From a virus (taxonomy: Duplodnaviria; Heunggongvirae; Uroviricota; Caudoviricetes), in IMG/VR virus record IMGVR_UViG_2718218305_000006: DNA of 64,000 nucleotides; one strand, written 5' to 3'. The notes beneath the pieces were generated by a model. It saw only the letters and a program-made list of their open reading frames with translations, had not been told where the DNA came from and ran no database searches. Within the stretch, counting starts at the first letter, position 1; every line of letters starts with the position of its first letter. Shown here piece by piece: positions 19,933-29,642 of the stretch. The position numbers were made by a program, and so were the translations under genes.

Positions 19933-22377
19933 TTAAAAATCAGCCTGATTCGGGAACAGTTTTTGCCAGATTGCTGAAACTTGTTTTGCCTGGTGACGGG
20001 CATCGTCCAGCGCATTGTGGGGTACGCCTTCGAATGGAATAGCCATTCTGACATCAAAGCCAATGGCATTACCCAGTTCAACGATTGTGCGTACATCGCG
20101 ATCGTTGTAGTAAAGCCACGGGCAGGGGATCCCCTGCCGTTCATATGAACGGCGTAAAATTACGTTGTCGAAGTTGGCTCCATTTCCCCATACTTGGACA
20201 AAACACCCGCCGGAGTTTTTTTCGATAAATTCTATGAATAGCCGGAGAGCAACATCTAACGAGATTTCATCGGTAAAAATAGCGGATTGTGCTTCGCGTG
20301 ATTGTTTCGCCCACCACTTTATTGTTTTACGGTCGATGATTCCGCCGGAGGTTTCCAGATCGATAGCTTTACTGAATTCAGGCCCCATCTCTCCGGTTGC
20401 CGGATCAAAAAATTTACCGCCAATAGAGTTGATTGGCGCATCAGGATTTGTTCCCATCGTTTCAAGGTCGACCGACAGGTGAATCCACACTCTGCTGGTG
20501 GATGTGCTTTTGTGATGACCGTTCACCGCAATTAAGGGATCTGCCGCCTCGCCAGTTTCACTATCGCTGGTGTGATGCTGATCGTTACCAGCATTCTCAT
20601 TGTTCGGATGTTCCGCGCCTTCCATTTCCTCCGGATCATTTTCCTGAACTTCAGGCTGATTCTCTCCATCGAATATTTCCTGGTATGTTGCGTCACCCAT
20701 CACCGCACCACAATCAGGGCAGTTGCCGCCACCGCTATGACCGCAGGCGGTGCAGATCTTTTCCGGTTCCTGTTGCACTACTGGTTCAGGTTGTTTCGTT
20801 TCTGGCTCGTTTTGTTGCGTATTTGGGCTGTTTTGTTCCGCTTTCTGGTCGTTCTGTTCCGTTTCTGGCTGATTCTGGTACACAGAATCGCGGGTCTGGA
20901 TCCCCTTAATCCATTTCGGATCATTCGGGTCGCTAATCCCTTCAACAAATTCTCCGCGAGAGGCAGCCAGTAATTTGTCTGCATCGACAGGATTTTGGGG
21001 CGGAATGTTTTTCCGGGCTTCATGGAGTTCTGCCCGCAGTTTCTGATATTTCGCATCAACAGAATTTATCTGTGGCTGAGCATCCATCGACTGCGTGTCC
21101 TGATTATGTTCAGTTGTATCCGGTTCCACTGCTTCAGTCGTTGCCTGTTCATCTGCCATTGCGCCAGATGGCTGCGGTTTTTCTTCATCATCCTGTTTTC
21201 CTTCTTTTGTTACACGCTGCGGCATTGGAGCAGAGGAGCGACCGCAGGCAATATCCACGATTTCTGGATCAGGGTTGGCATGGTCGGTTTCGGTCAGTAC
21301 TTTGTTCAGATATTCGGTAACACGGTGGGGAGTAGCCTCGATACCAATTGGTGCTTCTTTCACGGACGCAACCACTATCGCGCGGGAATAATCCAGGTGA
21401 CCAGGCATGGCGATGAATTTGTCACGAAAAACAGAAAAGGGCGGCTTATTCTCTGAAACGATTTCTTCAATGCGTTTGGCGTGTGCCGGATGTGGATTGT
21501 AAATATCGATGTCCATTGAACGGGCCAGAACGCCAGCGGCAACGTCACGTTCCACTGACGCATTATCGTGGACAAAACCTTCACCGCGATCGGTAAGAAT
21601 TCCTCCGCCAGCATTAGCGCCGGATGGCGTGCGGCTGATGCGTAAAACACGATTTCCTTTCATCCACTCTTTTGTCAGCAGACCTCGATCGGTATAGTCA
21701 GCGTCCAGGTATGCTTCGAAAAAAGCAGTCATTAACCCCAGACTGGAATTAACGGGATTAGGGAAAACTTTGTCTGTGTCGCGTACCAGTTTGTGAAGGT
21801 CGCGAATCTCCAGCGGGTCGAGCAGCTTTGTTTTGTGAGAAATGGCCAGGGCAGTAACAGCAGGCAGTTCTTCCGCCCGTGCTATATGTAATGCCTGAAG
21901 TTCTTCCCGTGCAACGTGCGTTACTGGTTTTTCGCTGCCGTGTTGCGCAAGCCAGCGAATGGGCAGCTCCTGACCAGAAACCGGCAGGAGCATATTCTCC
22001 TCAATCTCCGTCATGTCTTCGCTGTTGACGTTGGTATTGTCAGTACTGGCTGGTTTCTCCTGCACGGAGGGAGAGGGCGCGATAAATACCATTGTAATGC
22101 CATCTTCCCCGCCTTTTTCGTATCGGTTGCAGAATTCGGTATCAAACACGCCTTCAGGTGGAAGGTCATTCACAACGGGTAAATGGACGCGAACGGGTTT
22201 TTTAAAGTCGTCTTCATCATAATCGTTGTCATCCATTGCGGTAATGCAGCGGGAGATGGCAACAGATAATTTTTTTGCTGTAGTCCAGTAAAAACCACCT
22301 TTAATTCCCAGACGTTTTCTGACTTTGTCATTTTTTGCTTCGCAATATAGCGCAAATTCTTCTTTATCAGTGCTCAT
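19933..22377 (-). CDS. Large phage exonuclease-like protein with C-terminal DEDDh-type 3'-5' exonuclease domain, 814 aa
   Basis: C-terminus has DnaQ-like motifs (…[10 protein letters not shown]…; …[12 protein letters not shown]…; …[10 protein letters not shown]); central acidic Q/E/N/P-rich low-complexity region and Cys4 ribbon (CTACGH…CPDCG). Confidence 0.75.
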   Translation of the reverse strand: MSTDKEEFALYCEAKNDKVRKRLGIKGGFYWTTAKKLSVAISRCITAMDDNDYDEDDFKKPVRVHLPVVNDLPPEGVFDTEFCNRYEKGGEDGITMVFIAPSPSVQEKPASTDNTNVNSEDMTEIEENMLLPVSGQELPIRWLAQHGSEKPVTHVAREELQALHIARAEELPAVTALAISHKTKLLDPLEIRDLHKLVRDTDKVFPNPVNSSLGLMTAFFEAYLDADYTDRGLLTKEWMKGNRVLRISRTPSGANAGGGILTDRGEGFVHDNASVERDVAAGVLARSMDIDIYNPHPAHAKRIEEIVSENKPPFSVFRDKFIAMPGHLDYSRAIVVASVKEAPIGIEATPHRVTEYLNKVLTETDHANPDPEIVDIACGRSSAPMPQRVTKEGKQDDEEKPQPSGAMADEQATTEAVEPDTTEHNQDTQSMDAQPQINSVDAKYQKLRAELHEARKNIPPQNPVDADKLLAASRGEFVEGISDPNDPKWIKGIQTRDSVYQNQPETEQNDQKAEQNSPNTQQNEPETKQPEPVVQQEPEKICTACGHSGGGNCPDCGAVMGDATYQEIFDGENQPEVQENDPEEMEGAEHPNNENAGNDQHHTSDSETGEAADPLIAVNGHHKSTSTSRVWIHLSVDLETMGTNPDAPINSIGGKFFDPATGEMGPEFSKAIDLETSGGIIDRKTIKWWAKQSREAQSAIFTDEISLDVALRLFIEFIEKNSGGCFVQVWGNGANFDNVILRRSYERQGIPCPWLYYNDRDVRTIVELGNAIGFDVRMAIPFEGVPHNALDDARHQAKQVSAIWQKLFPNQADF

Positions 22378-22469
22378 TGATAAACCTCATTACAGATTTA
22401 AGGGTGAACAAATCCCTGCCATTGCTGGCATTTTTAATCCGTTGGTATGGTGTTAATATGGCTGGAGGG

Positions 22470-22661
22470 TTATCCAGCCGGTGTTTCGTTATTCAGGTAC
22501 AGCGATACTTTTTTTTTTACCGGGAGGCATTCACCAGAAATTTTTTGCTCGTCTCTTGCCTGGAGGCAGGATTCTTTACTGGCATAAATTCCGGTAATCA
22601 CATTCTGTGATTCACCCGTTATAAGAAAAACCGTCATCATCAGTGCAAATGCTGAAGTCAT
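22470..22661 (-). CDS. Hypothetical small protein with N-terminal hydrophobic segment
   Basis: 63-aa ORF overlapping the stop of the next gene by 4 nt. Confidence 0.4.
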   Translation of the reverse strand: MTSAFALMMTVFLITGESQNVITGIYASKESCLQARDEQKISGECLPVKKKVSLYLNNETPAG

Positions 22662-22846
22662 TGACGTTCTCCGAAAATACCAAGTTCAAGAAGAGCAATT
22701 CGGGAAAGTATGGAATTATCATTGAGCAGATAAGGCTCATATTTCCTCATATTAATGGCATCTTCAGTAAACTCCCGGTTACTGAGCAGAACACCAATAT
22801 CAAAACAACCTTCAGACGTATTAACGTTTGGTAATAACGTTTCCAT
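22658..22846 (-). CDS. Hypothetical small protein
   Basis: 62-aa ORF starting METLLPNV… with an upstream GAGG-type RBS. Confidence 0.4.
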   Translation of the reverse strand: METLLPNVNTSEGCFDIGVLLSNREFTEDAINMRKYEPYLLNDNSILSRIALLELGIFGERQ

Positions 22847-23409
22847 TATCGCGTCCTCAACAATGAATTTTGTGATGCGGTGCCTGGTGCCTCCAGGTGA
22901 CGTTAACCAGTTAACAATTAACGCCGGATACAGAGAATCCACCCATAACACTGTTTTTGGTTTTAACTGTTCCGCGTGCGCTTAGCCGCATTCACCGCAT
23001 CACAAAATTCACTTTAAAAAGGGCGGCAGAGCAGCCACGGAGTAAAACTGATACCGCCAAACGTCACCAGAAAATTGATAACAGAGGGCGTTGCAGCGGG
23101 GTTGTCACTTAAGCGTATGGTCAACCTGACAACCCGGTGTCCTCAAGGGGAAGGAATAACCCCGCCATACTTACCGCCGCGCCATTTCGCGGAGTGCCAC
23201 AACCGGAAGCGCACGTTCGAAGAAATCTAACGACAAGCCTTCTAAGGGAAAGAGCTTCGCCGTACGCTTTCGCGTTATGCCCTGACTTTTCAGGGAAATA
23301 TCCTTTCAGTAAACTGTCAGTACCGGATTCTTATCCGTGTCCGGCGCACGACCACACGTGACAGCGTGTTGGTCTCCATTTTTAACCCAGAACCTCAATG
23401 GAGGATAAA

Positions 23410-23619
23410 ATGCCAAACAAAAAAAGAAATCCGCTTATTGAAAAACAGATTGAATGCCTGGTAAATCAACTCAGGCAATCAGGGTTATTAAAAACTCATT
23501 CAGAGTTGAGGCTCACAGAATCAGCATTCGACGATAAATTAAATAATGTCCTTTATAATGGCATTATTGATTTTAATCGTTCTGTTGGTCGCCGCGGCCC
23601 TGCTGGTGTTTCCTTATAA
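23410..23619 (+). CDS. Hypothetical small basic protein, convergent with the 23620 gene
   Basis: Strong RBS ggagga 6 nt upstream of the ATG; 69 aa, AT-rich. Confidence 0.45.
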   Translation: MPNKKRNPLIEKQIECLVNQLRQSGLLKTHSELRLTESAFDDKLNNVLYNGIIDFNRSVGRRGPAGVSL

Positions 23620-24258
23620 TTACCAGTCAATCCAGAGTGGACCGTGTTCAGCGTAAATATAACTGTACACATCCAGATTATATTTGTGGTCTGTTAAGAA
23701 CAGGCCGCAAATACATGCCGAAGCTTCCAGTGCAGCGGCTCTGTTACTGAATAACCATGTAGCAACATTCCAGCGTTTTTCTGCATCCCAGTCTTTCTCA
23801 AGGCCTGATACCATGAAGAAACCGTTAGTGTTGCCATCAAATAATTCTGTTTCCAAATTTTTAAGCAATGCCTGATGGACTCTTGCCAGGTATTCCGCCG
23901 GAATTTCGCCACGAATTCTGATGAGATTGTCATAAACAAACATGTTCCCCGCATATGGCGATTTTTCTTTCTTGTTTTTTAAACCAGCATCATGAGCAAA
24001 CTGATCAATTTCTTCTTCCGTTGGTTTCGTATTGATGTTTTGCGCTGTCGTTTCTGCAATTTTATTTGCCACACTCTCTGAGTCGTGTTTATTTATAGAC
24101 GCACAGAAATACAATCCGGTAAACGCATCGCGCACATTACGAGCCATATTATCAGTGTCTTTTTTCGTTACCGATTCCAATTCAAGTTCGTTCAGACGAT
24201 GACGAAGTGTGTGTGCTGCAATCTCCTGGATTGAAGGAGGTAAATCTTTAAATTCCAT
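23620..24258 (-). CDS. Hypothetical protein co-transcribed downstream of the repressor (function unknown)
   Basis: 212-aa ORF; start ATG overlaps the upstream gene's stop (translational coupling); no domain recognised by eye. Confidence 0.6.
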   Translation of the reverse strand: MEFKDLPPSIQEIAAHTLRHRLNELELESVTKKDTDNMARNVRDAFTGLYFCASINKHDSESVANKIAETTAQNINTKPTEEEIDQFAHDAGLKNKKEKSPYAGNMFVYDNLIRIRGEIPAEYLARVHQALLKNLETELFDGNTNGFFMVSGLEKDWDAEKRWNVATWLFSNRAAALEASACICGLFLTDHKYNLDVYSYIYAEHGPLWIDW

Positions 24259-24269
24259 CGTCAACCTCA

Positions 24270-24422
24270 TCAGTCAGTGTTTCTGGCTAACCAGCGACGC
24301 GCGCCAGCTTCAGTTTTAAACGTTTTGCTTTTGGTATACGTCATCGCGGTGAACGTACCGTCCTGGTTGGGGAACACGCCACATACCAGAGATTCGTTGT
24401 TGCCAAGATTGAGCGTATCCAT
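24270..24422 (-). CDS. Small protein downstream of the repressor (possibly YdaF/DUF1391-like)
   Basis: 50-aa ORF (MDTLNLGNNESLVCGVF…); its stop overlaps the start of the 23620 gene. Confidence 0.45.
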   Translation of the reverse strand: MDTLNLGNNESLVCGVFPNQDGTFTAMTYTKSKTFKTEAGARRWLARNTD

Positions 24423-24590
24423 GTTGACCTCATTTGCCCTTAACGCCGGGGGGGCGGAACTAAGACCTGTCGCACCGTTGTGCTTTGATGGGATATATTG
24501 TTCTCTTAAGATGAACATATGTCAACATTGTGAATGCGCAAGAGGCAAAAAAAACCGCCTTCCGGCGGTATTGTTTTGTAAAATAAAGAA

Positions 24591-24980
24591 TTATTTTTGT
24601 CGCGTTATTGGGTCAACGTATTCTGAGTAAAATTCGGTCAGTTTTTGAAGGCGCATTTGAAAAGCTGCCAGCATATTTCTACGCTCTACAGGTGGCAGGT
24701 TTCTGTAAACATCAAGCAGGGCTTTCTCATCATCATCAAGCGCCTCTCTGTTTGTATCTTCTTTTCCTGTCAGTAGCCAGGAAAGGGAAACATTTGTCGC
24801 TTCTGCAATTTTGGCTGCGGAATCTTTACTGATTGTCCCTCTTTTTTTCCAGGCGTTGACTGATGAGCGTCCTACACCAGCGATGCGCGCTAAATCTGAA
24901 CCGCTTAAATGATGCTGTTGCGAGATCGTATCTAACCTTTCTGCCAGCGGGGTGTCGTATTGCTTTTTTCTCATGTCCAT
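24591..24980 (-). CDS. Prophage repressor, XRE-family HTH (RacR/DicA-like; no S24 peptidase domain)
   Basis: 129 aa with HTH (…LSGSDLARIAGVGRSSVNAWKKRG…); divergent from the Cro-like gene at 25083 across a ~100-bp operator region. Confidence 0.75.
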   Translation of the reverse strand: MDMRKKQYDTPLAERLDTISQQHHLSGSDLARIAGVGRSSVNAWKKRGTISKDSAAKIAEATNVSLSWLLTGKEDTNREALDDDEKALLDVYRNLPPVERRNMLAAFQMRLQKLTEFYSEYVDPITRQK

Positions 24981-25082
24981 TTAGCAATTATAACCGTTCA
25001 GTGAACACTAACAATTCCTCGTAGTGTTGACTTATGTTCTCTTTAAGTGAACAATGTTGTGGCTGATTGAATTGGAGGTTGT

Positions 25083-25358
25083 ATGACAGCATTGGACAAG
25101 GCAATAAAGATTGCTGGTGGTATTCGTCCGCTAGGGCGTGCAATAGGGGCTTGGCCGTCTCAAATACACAAATGGGCAAATGAATACAATGGTCGAGTGC
25201 CGACAGGGGAGCGGGTTCGTCAAATTTATATTGCAACTGGGGTGACTCCTCATGAATTGCGACCAGATTTATATCCGAATCCAACCGACGGGTTGCCTGC
25301 TGGAGATAAGGCTAACACACAAAATACACCGGAGTTGATTCATGAAAATCAAGCATGA
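25083..25358 (+). CDS. Cro/YdaS-like HTH regulator
   Basis: 91-aa ORF (…IAGGIRPLGRAIGAWPSQIHKW…) divergent from the repressor. Confidence 0.7.
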   Translation: MTALDKAIKIAGGIRPLGRAIGAWPSQIHKWANEYNGRVPTGERVRQIYIATGVTPHELRPDLYPNPTDGLPAGDKANTQNTPELIHENQA

Positions 25359-25767
25359 ACACATCCGCATGGCGATGAATGCTTGGGCGTATCCGGACGG
25401 TGAGAAAGTACCTGCAGCTGAAATAGCTCGGGCTTATTTCGAACTGGGGATGACGTTCCCGGAACTTTACGACGACAGCCATCCGGAAGCCCTGGCCCGT
25501 AATACCCAGAAAATTTTCCGCTGGGTGGAGAAGGACACGTCTGATGCTATTGAAAAAATTCAGGCGTTGTTACCGGCGATCGAAAAGGCGATGCCGCCTT
25601 TGCTGGTGGCCCGTATGCGCAGTCACAGTTCTGAGTATTACCGGGAGATTGTCGAACGGCGAGATCGGCTGGTGAAGGATGTCGATGATTTTGTTGCGTC
25701 AGCGGTCGTTTTATATGACCAGATAAATCGCGGCGGCCCGGCAGGGAATGCTGTGGTGATGCACTAA
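25342..25767 (+). CDS. YdaT-like (CII-like) regulatory protein
   Basis: 141-aa ORF following the Cro-like gene, Rac-prophage-type gene order. Confidence 0.55.
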   Translation: MKIKHEHIRMAMNAWAYPDGEKVPAAEIARAYFELGMTFPELYDDSHPEALARNTQKIFRWVEKDTSDAIEKIQALLPAIEKAMPPLLVARMRSHSSEYYREIVERRDRLVKDVDDFVASAVVLYDQINRGGPAGNAVVMH

Positions 25768-25789
25768 AAGCACGGTGTTCGGGGGGGTT

Positions 25790-26743
25790 ATGAGCAGCAA
25801 GCTTCATGGTCTTGTCTGGGAAGGGTGCGCCTTCACCGGCATGATCTTATCCAGGGTGGCAGTTATGGCCCGTCTTGCAGACTACAGCAATGACGAGGGC
25901 GTGTCATGGCCTGCTATTGAAACTATCCGGCGTCAGATCGGTGCAAGAAGTGAATCCACCGTTAAATCTGCTATTGCAGAACTGGCGAAAGAGGGCTGGC
26001 TGACGAAGGAAGAGCGTAAGGTCGGTGGGCGTAACGTAAGCAATATCTATCGGCTTAATGTGGAAAAACTTGAAGCAGCTGCAGCGGCGGCGCGTGAGGC
26101 ATATAAACCAAAAAGAAAAATTAGCCTGGCAAAAAATGACCCGTCAAATATTGACCCCTCAACGGTTGGCCCGTCAAATTTTGATGGATCAACTGTTGAT
26201 AAAAAACTGCCGATTAGGGGGGCGATGATTGACCCCGATCCGTCAGTATTAAAACCTGAACCGTCAGATAAAAGATCTTCTTGTCCGGACGTTTCACTGC
26301 CGGACGAAAAACAATCATCACCGGTTGAGCGATTTCTGGAGAAACACCCGGATGCGCATACCTGGAATGTCCCGAAGCGACAGTGGGGAACCCGGGAGGA
26401 TTTGACGTGTGCACAGTGGATCTGGGGACGGGTTGTTGCGTTGTATGAACAGGCCGCCAGTGATGATGGGGAGGTATCACGCCCCAGAGAGCCTAACTGG
26501 ACGACCTGGGCGAATGATGTGCGCATGATGCGTATGCTGGATGGACGTAGTCACCGACAGATTTGTGAAATGTTTGGGCGTGTTCAGCGGGATTCGTTCT
26601 GGGTAAAAAACATCATGAGTCCGGCAAAACTCCGGGAAAAATGGGATGAACTGGTTATTCGCCTGGGGCGTTCGCCCGCGCAGCGTTGCGTGAATCATAT
26701 TTCTGAACCGGATACCGAAATTCCGCCTGGTTTCAGGGGGTAG
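25790..26743 (+). CDS. Replication initiation protein (O-like, N-terminal winged HTH) with internal iterons
   Basis: N-terminal HTH region; the iteron array codes the PSNIDPSTVGPSNFDGSTVD segment; followed by a DnaC-like loader gene. Confidence 0.7.
   Translation: MSSKLHGLVWEGCAFTGMILSRVAVMARLADYSNDEGVSWPAIETIRRQIGARSESTVKSAIAELAKEGWLTKEERKVGGRNVSNIYRLNVEKLEAAAAAAREAYKPKRKISLAKNDPSNIDPSTVGPSNFDGSTVDKKLPIRGAMIDPDPSVLKPEPSDKRSSCPDVSLPDEKQSSPVERFLEKHPDAHTWNVPKRQWGTREDLTCAQWIWGRVVALYEQAASDDGEVSRPREPNWTTWANDVRMMRMLDGRSHRQICEMFGRVQRDSFWVKNIMSPAKLREKWDELVIRLGRSPAQRCVNHISEPDTEIPPGFRG
26138..26285 (+). repeat. Putative replication-origin iterons
   Basis: About four direct repeats of CCGTCA(A/G)(A/T)(A/T)TT(G/A)A-type spaced ~20-25 bp apart inside the initiator gene. 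Confidence 0.5.
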
Positions 26744-26749
26744 CGCACC

Positions 26750-27487
26750 ATGAAAAACATTACGTCAGGTGGTGTTCTGGCAAGAGTCAGCAGATTTGTG
26801 CCGCAGGATGCAATCCCTCCGTACCGTACGGTGGCGGAGTGGCGGGAATGGCAGCTTGCTGAAGGGCGTAAGCGAAGCGAGGAGGTTAATCGTCTGAATC
26901 ATCAGACGCGGGTTGAAAAAATCATTAACCGCTCCGGTATCCAGCCGCTTCACCGGAAGTGTACGTTCGGTAACTACCGGGTGCAGAACGATGGTCAGCG
27001 CCATGCCCTGAGTCAGGCGAAATCCATTGCGGCAGAGCTGGAAGGCGGCTGTACGAATTTTGTTTTCAGTGGCAGGCCTGGCACAGGAAAAAACCACCTG
27101 GCGGCTATTGGCAACCACCTTCTGGCGAAAGGTCGCAGTGTGATTGTGATAACAGTGGCGGATGTGATGCTGGCGTTACATGGCAGCTACGACAACAAAA
27201 ACTCGGGCGAAAAATTTTTGCAGGGATTGTGTGGCGTTGACCTGCTGGTACTGGATGAAATTGGCATGCAACGGGATACGCGTAATGAGCAGGTCACGCT
27301 GAATCAGATTGTTGACCGCAGAACGGCATCGTTACTCAGTGTGGGGATGCTGACAAATCTTAACCATGCAGCGATGAATACACTTCTCGGCGAGCGGGTG
27401 ATGGACCGCATGTCCATGAACGGTGGTCGCTGGGTGACGTTTAACTGGGAGAGCTGGCGTCCGAACGTCAGCCAGCACAGGAACTGA
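26750..27487 (+). CDS. DnaC-like helicase loader (IstB-like AAA+ ATPase)
   Basis: Walker A FSGRPGTGKNHLA, Walker B LLVLDEIG. Confidence 0.85.
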   Translation: MKNITSGGVLARVSRFVPQDAIPPYRTVAEWREWQLAEGRKRSEEVNRLNHQTRVEKIINRSGIQPLHRKCTFGNYRVQNDGQRHALSQAKSIAAELEGGCTNFVFSGRPGTGKNHLAAIGNHLLAKGRSVIVITVADVMLALHGSYDNKNSGEKFLQGLCGVDLLVLDEIGMQRDTRNEQVTLNQIVDRRTASLLSVGMLTNLNHAAMNTLLGERVMDRMSMNGGRWVTFNWESWRPNVSQHRN

Positions 27488-27516
27488 GAAGTAATTTTTA
27501 TCCGGAGGAAGTTTTA

Positions 27517-28287
27517 ATGGAAACCGTATTGCATGCACTGAAAGCGATGGGTAAAGCCAATTCTGTTGAACTGGCGGCGCGGCTTGATATCAGCCGTGAA
27601 GAAGTTCTCAACGAACTGTGGGAACTCAAAAAAAATGGCGTTGTTGATAAAACGGGTCACACCTGGTTTCTGGCTGTCGAAGGTGAATCCCGGGTAACCG
27701 AAGAGCGGCCAGTAAAATCTGAAACACAGGATATGCTGACCGAAGAGGTCGCTCCAAAAGTTAGCGCTAACATGATGATTGAGTTTATCGATCAGGAGGG
27801 GGCTAAAACCTGTGAAGAAATAGCGGGTAAGTTCGGTGTCAGTACTCGCAAGGTTGCTTCCACGCTGGCGGCGGTAACCGCAACGGGGCGGCTGGCACGC
27901 GTTAATCAGAACGGTAGATTTCGTTACTGCATGCCGGGCGATAATTTACCAGCAGAGCCGAAAGCCGCGCTGGTAACGGAAAGTGATGGTAAGGCCTTTC
28001 CTCAGCCAGCAGGTGCTGCGTTACCAGTCCGGGAAGCCGCAACACAGGAAGAAAATAAAACAGAAACTGTGGCGGTCACAGTGCAGTCACAGCCGTTGTT
28101 CACCAGAAAACATCCGGATGGTCTGATTTTACCATCGCTGCATGTGGCTAACCGCGAGCTGCGCCGGGCAAAAGGTCAGGTTCAGAAGTGGGAGCGTGTC
28201 TGCGCCGCGCTGCGGGAGCTGAACAAGCACCGGGATATTGTTCGGCAGATTGTCGATTCATCCGGTCGTATTGTGTCGGAAAAGTGA
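27517..28287 (+). CDS. Hypothetical phage protein with N-terminal winged-helix-like region
   Basis: 256-aa ORF in the nin-like region. Confidence 0.5.
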   Translation: METVLHALKAMGKANSVELAARLDISREEVLNELWELKKNGVVDKTGHTWFLAVEGESRVTEERPVKSETQDMLTEEVAPKVSANMMIEFIDQEGAKTCEEIAGKFGVSTRKVASTLAAVTATGRLARVNQNGRFRYCMPGDNLPAEPKAALVTESDGKAFPQPAGAALPVREAATQEENKTETVAVTVQSQPLFTRKHPDGLILPSLHVANRELRRAKGQVQKWERVCAALRELNKHRDIVRQIVDSSGRIVSEK

Positions 28288-28302
28288 TTGCCGGAGGCGC
28301 TT

Positions 28303-28683
28303 ATGGCGAAACCTTTTACACACGAACAGCGTGAAGAACTGAAGGCCCGAATTATCGGGCTGGTACGCAAAAATGAACGCATGACGATATCACAACTGGA
28401 GAGAGCGACGGGAGCAGGCTGGCATTCAGTCAGACGTTGCCTTGTGGATGTACTGGCTTGTGGCGATTTATACATGCCCGGTAAATACGGTGTTTTTGCA
28501 TCAGAACAGGTGTATCGCGTATGGCGTAAGGCAGCGGAGAAAACAACCGACCAGACATTGATTCGAAAGTTACCAGACGGAGAAATACGCCGCTATGACA
28601 GGCATCAGAACATAATTTGCAGTGAGTGCCGAAATAGCGAAGTTATGCAGCGTGTACTGGCGTTCTGTCAGGGGAATTTTTAG
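28303..28683 (+). CDS. Hypothetical phage protein
   Basis: RBS ggagg 5 nt upstream of ATG 28303; 126 aa. Confidence 0.5.
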   Translation: MAKPFTHEQREELKARIIGLVRKNERMTISQLERATGAGWHSVRRCLVDVLACGDLYMPGKYGVFASEQVYRVWRKAAEKTTDQTLIRKLPDGEIRRYDRHQNIICSECRNSEVMQRVLAFCQGNF

Positions 28684-28755
28684 GAGGTGGTGCTGTGAGT
28701 GAAATTAGCTATCAGGCTTCAATTGCCGCTGGCATTCGCATCAAAGGAGAGGTGC

Positions 28756-29112
28756 ATGGAAATAAAACCAGAAGATGAGTTAAGTAATATTGTTTTATTT
28801 CCGGTAAAAGAGGATGACCCACGTAATCAGGTTAATTTTCTTTATGAGCCATCGGAAAGACCATATTGCCATCACGCCTCTGTCCGGGTTGACGAAAAAG
28901 AGCGTCAGGTCCGCTGTAAAATCTGCGGTGCAGTTGTGGAGCCATTTGACTGGATGCTCTCTGTGGCGAAAAGAGAAACCAGACTGGCAGATGATGTAAG
29001 GCTCTTGCGTCAGGAGGAGCGGGAAAGGCGAAAAAATATAGAAAAGCTAATTCAGATTGAGCGTAACGCGAAAGCGCGGATACGCAGGGCGACAAAATCC
29101 AGAACTGAATAA
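28756..29112 (+). CDS. Hypothetical protein with Cys/His cluster (zinc-ribbon-like) and basic coiled C-terminus
   Basis: RBS aaaggagagg; CHH…CKICG motif. Confidence 0.5.
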   Translation: MEIKPEDELSNIVLFPVKEDDPRNQVNFLYEPSERPYCHHASVRVDEKERQVRCKICGAVVEPFDWMLSVAKRETRLADDVRLLRQEERERRKNIEKLIQIERNAKARIRRATKSRTE

Positions 29113-29151
29113 TTAAATTTAGCTCTGTTAAAAATTTAATCCTTAACCGGA

Positions 29152-29162
29152 GGGGGGGGGGG
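29152..29162 (+). repeat. Homopolymeric G11 tract
   Basis: ccgga-ggggggggggg-agg at the boundary between the GC-rich nin region and the low-GC kinase island. Confidence 0.9.
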
Positions 29163-29209
29163 AGGCGCCCTCAGAACATCAGGAGGCTGTCCGGCAGGGC
29201 GGTAGTTAA

Positions 29210-29383
29210 ATGCGAAAGTTCAAAATAATTATTGAAACGGGAATAGCCGGTGGAGATTTCGAGGATGAATTCGAAGTGGATGATGATGCGACGCCTGATG
29301 AAATACATGACGAAGCAAAAGATATTTTCTTTAACTACTGCAATTACTCATATCACGAAATAAAAGACGAAGAGGAAGAATAA
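29210..29383 (+). CDS. Hypothetical small highly acidic protein (57 aa)
   Basis: ORF MRKFKIIIETGIAGGDFEDEFEVDDDATPDE…KDEEEE; low GC; below the ORF-track length cutoff. Confidence 0.35.
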   Translation: MRKFKIIIETGIAGGDFEDEFEVDDDATPDEIHDEAKDIFFNYCNYSYHEIKDEEEE

Positions 29384-29384
29384 A

Positions 29385-29489
29385 ATGGCTGATTTTGCTT
29401 CAACTAAATATAACGCCAATTTTGAAGAATGGCATGAACTGTTAATGGACTATGTAGAGTTACCGCGGTGGAAGCATGGCGTGATATGA
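29385..29489 (+). CDS. Hypothetical very small protein (34 aa)
   Basis: ATG 2 nt after the previous stop, RBS gaggaaga. Confidence 0.25.
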   Translation: MADFASTKYNANFEEWHELLMDYVELPRWKHGVI

Positions 29490-29642
29490 AGTTGCATAAG
29501 AAGTTGCTTTCTTTATCTGGAAATAATATATCCTCTAACGGGAAAGAAATAGAAAATGGTGACTTTAATGAACCCAACCCCCAATAAAAAGAGGTTGGGA
29601 ATACTATGGTTAAATTAGAGTAAATATCTTGGATATCTAAAA

